Part shown: one piece after another, positions 57,225 through 64,000 of the stretch | Layout of the letters: each line of letters begins with the position of its first letter | How positions within the stretch are numbered: position 1 is the stretch's first letter | Source of the DNA: Elephas maximus | Lineage: Eukaryota | NCBI RefSeq assembly: GCF_024166365.1 | Contig: NC_064841.1 | Coordinates: forward strand, 46,247,680-46,311,679 | Reading direction: 5' to 3' | DNA length: 64,000 bases | The notes under the pieces: generated by a model | Databases searched by the model: none | What the model was told of the DNA's origin: nothing | Seen by the model: the letters and a program-made list of their open reading frames with translations, nothing else | Translations under genes and position numbers: made by a program

Positions 57225-58897
57225 TATGCCAGTACATCTGACACCATAAAGGAATTGGACAAATTTCTTAAAAAGCAAAACTGACACAAAATAAACAAGA
57301 AAATCTGAAAAATAAAAATGGGCAAATGATATGAACAACCACTCACTAAAGAAGACATTCAGGTCACCAACAGACATATGAGGAAATGCTCACGATCATT
57401 AGCCATTAAAGAAATGCAAATCAAAACTATGATGACATACAATCTCATTCAAACAAAAATGGTGCTAATCCAAAACACACAAAATAACAAATATTGAAGA
57501 AATTGCAGGGAGATTGGAACACTTATGCACTGCTGTTGGGAATGCAAAATAGTACCACCACTTTGGAAAATGATGTGGCTCTTCCTTAAAAAACTAGAAA
57601 CAGACATATCATATGATTCAGCAATCCCACTCCTAGGAATACACCCTAGAGAAATAAGAGCTGTCACATGAGTATACGTATGCACAAGCATGTTCACTGG
57701 TGCAATATTCACAATAACAAAAATAGAGACAACCTAAATGCCCATCAACAGAGGAATGGATAAACAAATTATGGTACATTCACACAATGAAATATTATGC
57801 AACAATAAAGAACAATGATGAATCTGTGAAACATCTCACAACTTGGATGAATCTGGAGGGCATTATGTTGAATGAAATAAGTCAGTCACAAAAGGACAAA
57901 TACTGTATGAAACCACTATTATAAGAATTCAAGAAAAGGTTTACACACAGAAATAAACAATCTTTGATGGTTATGGATGAGGGGAGGGAGAGAGAGGGGA
58001 AATCACTAACTAGATAGTAGACAAATGTCAACTCTGGTGAAGGGAAGAACAACACACAATATAGGTGATGTCAGCACAAGTGGACAAAAGCAAAAGCATA
58101 GAGGCTTCCTAGACACACCCAAACACTTTTAGGGGCCAAGTAGCAAGGGTTAGGTGCTGGAGACCATAGTCTGCAGGGACATCTAGTTCAATTGCCATAA
58201 CATAGTTCATAAAGAAAATGTTCTACATTCCACTTCAGTGAGTAGTGTCTGGGGTTTTAAAAGCTTGGGAGCAGCAATCTAAGATACAATCTATTGGTCC
58301 TATCACATCTGTATCAATGGAGAATGAAGGAAACTTTGCAAAGACACAGGGAAAATATTAGCCCAAAGGACTAAGAGACCACATGAAGGAGAGAATCCAC
58401 CAGCCTGAGACAAGAAGAACTAGGTGATGCCTGACTACCAATAACCGCTCTGACAGAGATCACAACAGAGAGTTCCCAAGAGAAGAGCAGAAAAATGTAG
58501 AACAGAATTAAAGTCCACAAAAAAAGACCAGATTTACTGGTCTGACAGAGACTGGAGGAACCCCTGAGACTATGGCCCCCAGACACTCTGCTTTCCTGAA
58601 GCCTACTTTTCAAAGTTAGAGAACCCTATAAAACAAAAAAAATAATACAAGTGAGGAACATGCTTCTTAGTTCAATCAAATATATGAGACCAAATAGGCA
58701 ACTCCTGTCCAGAAGCAAGAGAAGGCAGAAAGGGACAGAAACTGGACAAATGGGCACAGGGAACCCAGGGTAAAAAAGGGGAGCTTGCTGGCACATTGTG
58801 GTGATTGCAATCAATGTCACAAAACAACATGTGTAAAAATTTTTGAATGAGAAATTAACTTGAGCTGTAAACTTTCACCTAAATAAAATAAAATTGT
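57225..58897 (+). mobile_element. L1 3' fragment (internally deleted ORF2 joined to ORF2 C-terminus, ~1-kb 3'UTR)
   Basis: ...ELDKFLKSKTDTK | ...KWANDMNNHSLKKTFRSPTDI...MTYNLIQTKMVLIQNTQNNKY...[41 protein letters not shown], then a 3'UTR colinear with 27840-28820 that ends ...GTAAACTTTCACCTAAATAAAATAAAATTG. Confidence 0.8.
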
Positions 58898-60147
58898 AGA
58901 AAAATGAAATGAGATCCTTCAAGATCGACATCTTAGGCATTAGTGAGCTGAAATGCACTGGTATTTTGAATTGCACAGACATATAGTCTACTATGGTGGG
59001 AATGACAAATTGAAGAGGAACGGCATTGCATTCATGTCAAAAAGACCATTCAAGATCTACCCTGAAGTACAACTCTGTCAATGATAGGTTTATATCCATA
59101 TGCCTACAGGGAAGGCTAATCAATACGACTATTATTCAAATAGTCGCACCAACCACTAAGGCCAAAGGTGAAGAAATTGGAAGATTTTTACCAACATCTG
59201 TAGTCCGAAATTGATCAAACATGTAATCAAGATGAATTGATAATTGCTAGCGATTGAAATGCAAAAGTTGGAAACAGAGAAGAAGGATCAGTAGATGAAA
59301 AAGACAGCCTTGGTGACAGAAACGACACTGGAGATCACATGATAGAATTTTGTCAGACCAGCAACTTATTCACAGCAAATACCTTTTGTCAACATGAACA
59401 GTGACTATACACATGGACTTTGCCAGATGGAATACACAGTAACCAAATTAACTACATTTGTGGAAAGAGATGACTGAGAAGCTCGATATCATTAGTCAGA
59501 ACAAGGCCAGGGGCCAACTGTGGAACAGACCATCAAATGCTTGTATGCAAGTTCAAGTTGAAGCTGAAGAAAATGAAAACAAGCCCATGGGTCCAAAGTA
59601 GGACCTTGAGCATATCCCACCGGAATTTGGAGACCATCTCAAGAATAGATTTGGTGCACTGAACATTAATGACCAAAGACCAGAAGACTTGTGGGATGAC
59701 ATCAAGGACTTCATGTATGTAGCAAGAAAAAGGTTATTAAAAAGACAGCAAGGAAAGAAAAAAAAAAAAAAAAGATTGCAGAAGAGACTTGGAAACTTGC
59801 TCTTGAACATAGAGTAGCTAATGTGAATAGAAGAAATGATGAAGTAGAAGAGCTTTACAGAAGACTTTAGAGGGCAACTTGAGAAGAAAAATTATTATAA
59901 TGAAATGTGCAAAGACACGGAGTTAGAAAACCAAAAGGTAAGAACATGCTCAGCATTTCTCAGGCTGAAAGAACTGAAGGAAAAATTCAAGCCTTGAGTT
60001 GCAATACTGAAGGATTCTATGGGCAAAAAACTGAACAATGCAGGAAGCATCAAAAGAAGATGGAAGGAATACACAGAGTCACTGTACCAAAAAGAACTGG
60101 TCGACATTCAGCCATTTCAGGAGACAGCATGTGATCAAGAACCAATG

Positions 60148-60618
60148 ATGTCATGGGCTGAATTATGTCGCTCCAAAATGTGTGTATTGATTTGTCTGGG
60201 CCATGATTCCCAGTATTGTGTGGTTGTCCCCTATTTTGTGATTGTAATTTTATGTTAAAGAGGATTGGAGTGGGATTTTAACACCCTTACTAAGGTCACA
60301 TCACTGATCCAATATAAAGTGAGTTTTCCTGGGGTGTGGCCTGCACCACCTTTTATCTTACAAGAGTTAAAAGGAAAAGAAAGCAAACAAAGATTTGGGG
60401 GACTTCATACCACCAAGAAGGCAGCACCGGGAGCAGAGCGAGTCCTTTAGATCCGGGGTCACTGCACAGAGGAGCTCCTAGTTTGAGGGAAGACCAGTGA
60501 GAAGACTTACAGAGGAGAAAGCCTTCCCCTGGAGCTGACACCCTGAATTTGGACTTTTAGCCTACCTTACTGTGGTGTTTGTGGTATTTCTGTTATAGCA
60601 GCACTAGATAATTAAGAC
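60148..60618 (+). mobile_element. MaLR-type solo LTR nested in the RTE, with a 5-bp target-site duplication CAATG/AAATG
   Basis: The RTE copy at 29480-29530 is uninterrupted at this point (CCAATGGTACTAAAGGAAG). Here the insert lies between CCAATG and GTATTGAAGGAAG. The insert ends ...GGTATTTCTGTTATAGCAGCACTAGATAATTAAGACAAATG and is ~75% identical to the LTR at 53217-53733. Confidence 0.65.
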
Positions 60619-60664
60619 AAATGGTATTGAAGGAAGAAATCCAAGTTGCAACGAAGGCATTGGC

Positions 60665-60683
60665 AAAAAAAAAAAAAAAAAAA
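60665..60683. repeat. (A)19 homopolymer, expanded from the ATTAAAA present in the other RTE copy
   Basis: GGCATTGGCA(A)19CAAGGCTCCAGG here versus GGCATTGGATTAAAACAAGGCTCCAGG at 29545-29572. Confidence 0.9.
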
Positions 60684-62078
60684 CAAGGCTCCAGGAATTG
60701 ATGGAATACCAACTTAGATGTTTCAACAAACAGATGCCCTTCTGGAAGCCATCACTCATCTATGCCAAGAAATTTGAGAGACAGTTACCTAGCCAATCTA
60801 CTGGAAGAGAGCCATACTTGTGCCCATTCCAAAGAAAGGTGATCCAACAAAATGCAGAAATCACCAATGTCATTAATATCACAAGTAAGTAAAATTTTGC
60901 TGAAGATAATTCAAAAATGGTTGCAGCAGTACATAGACAGGGAGCTACCAGAATTTCAAACCAGATTCAGAAGAGGAGAGGAAACAAGGGATAACATTGC
61001 TGATGTCAGATGAATCTTGACTGAAAGCAGAGAATACCAGAAAGATGTTTATCTGTGTTTTATTGACTATGCAAAGACATTTGACTGTGTGGATCATAAC
61101 AATTATGGATAATATTGTGAAGAACGGGAATTCCAGAACACTTAACTGTGCTCATGAGGAACCTGTACATAGACCAAGATGCAATCTTTCGTACAGAACA
61201 AGAGGGTACTGTGTGGTTTAAAGTCAGTAAAGATGTGTCAGGTTTGTATCTTTTCACCATAGTTATTTTGTCTGAATGTTAAGCAAATAATCCAAGAAGC
61301 TGGACTATATAAAGAAGAATGTGGCATCAGTATTGGAGCAAGACTCATTAACAACCTGTGATATGCATATGACACAAATTTGTTTGCTGAAAGTGAAGAT
61401 TACTTGAAGCAGTTACTGATGAAAAAAACTACAGCCTTCAGGATGGATTACACCTCGACATTAAAAAAAAGAAATCCTCACAACTGGACCAATAAGCACC
61501 ATCGTGATAAACAAAGATTGAAGTTGTCAAGGATTTCATTTTACATGGATGAACAATCAATGCCCATGAAAGCAGCAGTCAAGAAATCAAACACATTGGG
61601 CAAATCTGCTGCAAAAGATCTCTTTAAAGTGTTAAAGAGCAAAGATGTCACTATTTTAAATCACCCCATATGCATGCAAAGCCTGGACAATGAATAAGGA
61701 AGATGGAAGAAGAATTGATGCCTTTGAATTGTCGTGTTGGTGAAGAATATTGAATACACAATGGACTGCAGAAGAATGAATAAATCTATCTTGCAAGAGG
61801 TACAGCCAGAATGCTCCTTGGAAGCAAGGATGTCAAGACTTCACCTTATATACTTTGGACATGTTATCAGGAGGGACCAGTTCCTAGAGAAGGGCATCAT
61901 GCTTGGTAAAGGAGAGGATCAGTGTAAAACAGATGGACCCTCAACCAGAAAGACTGACACAGTGGCTGCAACAAGGTGCTCAAACATAGCAACGATTGTG
62001 AGGCTAGCACAGGACTGGGCTGTTGTACCTAGGGTTGCTGTGAGTCTGAACTGACTGGACAGCACCTAACAACAATGT

Positions 62079-62340
62079 GCTTGACTTATTTCACTTAGCA
62101 TTATGCCCTCCAGGTCCATCCATGTTATAGTATGTTCTTTATAGTTTTGTAGTATTCCACTGTATGTATGTACCATGTTTTGCTTATTCATTCATTTGCT
62201 GATGGGCACTTCCCTTGTTTCCATTTTTTTTGCTATTGCAAATAAAGCTGCAATCAACAAAAGAGTGCATATATCTGTTTGTGTCACTACTTTTAGATCT
62301 CTAGTGTACATCATTAGGAGTGGGATTGTTGGATCAATGT
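62079..62340 (-). mobile_element. L1 ORF2 C-terminal fragment in antisense orientation, abutting the RTE 3' end
   Basis: Colinear with the antisense text of the full-length L1 at 33840-34110 (TGACTTATTTCACT...CATCCATGTTAT...TTCTTTATAGTT...ACTCCATTGTATGTATGTACCA...GCTATTG(T/C)(G/A)A...GCTGCAAT(G/C)AAC). Confidence 0.6.
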
Positions 62341-62815
62341 CCGTTGTAGCACTTTTCACAATAGCCAAAAGTTGGAAACAACATAAATGTCAATAAACAG
62401 ATGAATGGATAAACAAAATATGATATACGATCAAATACCTTTCAGCCAAAAATAAAAATCATGTCCTGATATAAGCCGCAACATAGATGAACCTTGAAAA
62501 CTTTACACTGAGTTGAAGTCAAACATAAAAGGACAAATACTGTATGAACTCACTTATATGAAATAAGTAAATATATAGAAACCAAAGCTTATTAGAGGTT
62601 TCCAGAGGTTGGAGAGAGGGAGGAGGAAAGGAGAAGATTTTGCTTAGAGGGCACTGAGTTTATGTTAATGGTGGTGGAAGAATTAGGAAAAAGATAAGGG
62701 CATGAGTTGTGCAACATGAGGAGTGTAATCAATGTCCTTGAATTGTACACATAGAAACTGTTGAATTGGTGAATGTTTTGTTGTGTATATTTTCACCACA
62801 AAAATATATATATGC
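62341..62815 (+). mobile_element. L1 ORF2 C-terminus plus short 3'UTR, sense orientation (older subfamily)
   Basis: VVALFTIAKSWKQHKCQ*TDEWINKI*Y...KDKYCMNSLI...; the 3'UTR ends ...GTATATTTTCACCACAAAAATATATATATG, typical of older L1 3' ends. Confidence 0.6.
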
Positions 62816-62819
62816 AATG

Positions 62820-63308
62820 AAATAGATGAGATAACTTCAGATAATGATAAGTGCTATAAAAAAAATCCCAACACAGTTCTTCAAAAAATTAAACATAGAA
62901 TTACTATATGATCCAGCAATTACCCTCCGATATATACCCAAAAGAATCGAAAGCAGGAATGCAAACAGATACTTGTACACCTATGCTCACTGTAGCACTA
63001 TTCACAGTAGCCAAAATATGGAAACAGTCTAAGTGTTCATCAGCACTTAAAATGTGGTACATATATATAATGGAATATTAAAATATATATAATGGAATAT
63101 TACTCAGTCATAATGAGAAATGAAGTCCTGATGCATTCTACGACATGGATGAACCTTGAAAACGTTGTTGTTAAATAGGTAGGTAGGTAGTTGCTGTAAT
63201 ATAATAGCATCGGAAGCCATCTATCTTCAGAAGGGAGAATGAGAAGAACCATCAGCCCAAAGCTGATTCCTATGAAGTGGAAGTCAGACATACCTCCATT
63301 CTCCAAAC
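62820..63308 (+). mobile_element. L1 ORF2 C-terminal/3'UTR fragment (older subfamily)
   Basis: ORF 62844-63032 reads IPTQFFKKLNIELLYDPAITLRYIPKRIESRNANRYLYTYAHCSTIHSSQNMETV, the L1 ORF2 region ...LPYDPAIPLLGIYPKE...FIAALFTIAK... Confidence 0.55.
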
Positions 63309-64000
63309 TTTTTTTTTTTCATAATAGATTTTTTTTAATTCTTTTCATTTATTTATTTAAATTGTACTTTAGATGAAGGTTTACAGAACAAACTAGCTTC
63401 TCATCAAATATTTAGTGCACACATTGTTCTATGACATTTGTTAACAACCCCCCAACATGTCAACATTCTCCCTTCTCAAGCCTGGATTCCCTATTACCAG
63501 CTTTCCTGTTCCCTCCTGCCTTCCAGTCCCTGCTCCGCTCCAGGGCTGGTGCACCCCTTTAGTCTTATTTTGTTCCATGGGCCTGTTCAATCTTTGCTGA
63601 AGGATGAACCTCAGGAGTTACCTCATTACGGAGCTGAAAGAGTGTCCAGGGGCCATACACTCAGGGTTTCTCTAGTCTCCGCCAGGCCAGCAAATCTGGT
63701 CTTTTTTTTTTTTTTTTTTAGTTAGAATTTTGTTCTATATATTTCTCCAGCTCTCTCTGGGATCCTCTACTCTGATCCCTGCCAGAGCAGTCAGTAGTGG
63801 TAGCCAGGCACCTTCTAGTTGTACTGGACTCTGGTGGTCCATTCCCCAAACTTTTTACCAATTCTGACACCAGCTGTTCCTCCCATGGCACTCTCTACTT
63901 CTTGGCTGGGTTCCATAATTTGTTACAATGGCCACAGAGAACTCACAGACCATACTCACAGTTATGGTGTTTATTAAAGATGTAACAGGTTACAATTCAG
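63309..64000 (-). mobile_element. L1 3'UTR (poly(A) seen as the T-run at 63309-63319); the body continues beyond the window end
   Basis: 63340-64000 is colinear, at ~80% identity, with 32900-33560, which is the 3'UTR of the full-length minus-strand L1. Confidence 0.75.

Larger units (their letters stand above)
58898..62078 (+). mobile_element. RTE (BovB-like) LINE, near full-length (~2.7 kb after removing the nested LTR): AP-endonuclease, RT and C-terminal domains
   Basis: EN-like start (...ILGISELKCTGILNCTD...); RT (NKAPGIDGIPT*MFQQ...ILLKIIQKWLQQYIDRELPEFQTRFRRGEETRDNIADV...FIDYAKTFDCVDHNN); C-terminus 61734-62054 (QPECSLEARMSRLHLIYFGHVIRRDQFLEKGIMLGKGEDQCKTDGPSTRKTDTVAATRCSNIATIVRLAQDWAVVPRVAVSLN). 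About 85% identical to the copy at 29102-30957. Confidence 0.8.

Overview
This window is mammalian pericentromeric-type heterochromatin, not a prokaryotic locus. The repeat content (AfroSINE tRNA-derived SINEs, RTE/BovB-like LINEs, L1s with an unusually long ~1-kb 3'UTR) points to an Afrotherian genome, possibly a paenungulate. I find no credible host protein-coding gene, rRNA, tRNA gene, CRISPR array or defence or biosynthetic system. Every long six-frame ORF is either a remnant of a transposable-element ORF (L1 ORF1/ORF2, RTE ORF) or an open frame produced by tandem repeats. Layout from left to right: (1) the 5' part of a minus-strand L1 (1-2647), with CpG-rich tandem promoter monomers; (2) an unclassified repeat followed by ~2 kb of highly degenerate telomere-like (CCCTAA)n hexamers (3600-5758), i.e. 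a heterochromatic interstitial telomeric sequence; (3) about 15 kb of satellite A in two blocks (5855-18190 and 23825-26715): a ~345-bp unit built from three diverged ~115-bp sub-monomers, with a central domain homogenised into a ~845-bp higher-order repeat, and a 5.6-kb non-satellite island between the blocks; (4) a nest of L1, RTE, MaLR-LTR and AfroSINE insertions (26716-41708), including a ~7.9-kb near-full-length L1 inserted into an older L1; (5) 6.3 kb of satellite B (41709-47997): ~115-bp monomers in ~345-bp trimers within a ~3.8-kb higher-order repeat, distantly related to satellite A and in inverted orientation; (6) a second near-full-length L1 (48675-56854) carrying nested insertions, then RTE and L1 fragments to the window end. 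The points I consider most worth a second look are the two related but inverted higher-order-repeat satellites, the degenerate telomere-like array bracketed by direct repeats, the conserved YY1-type initiator at every complete L1 5' end, and the insertion chronology readable from nested elements and their target-site duplications. All coordinates come from reading the sequence by eye and are approximate (roughly ±10-30 bp for TE boundaries).
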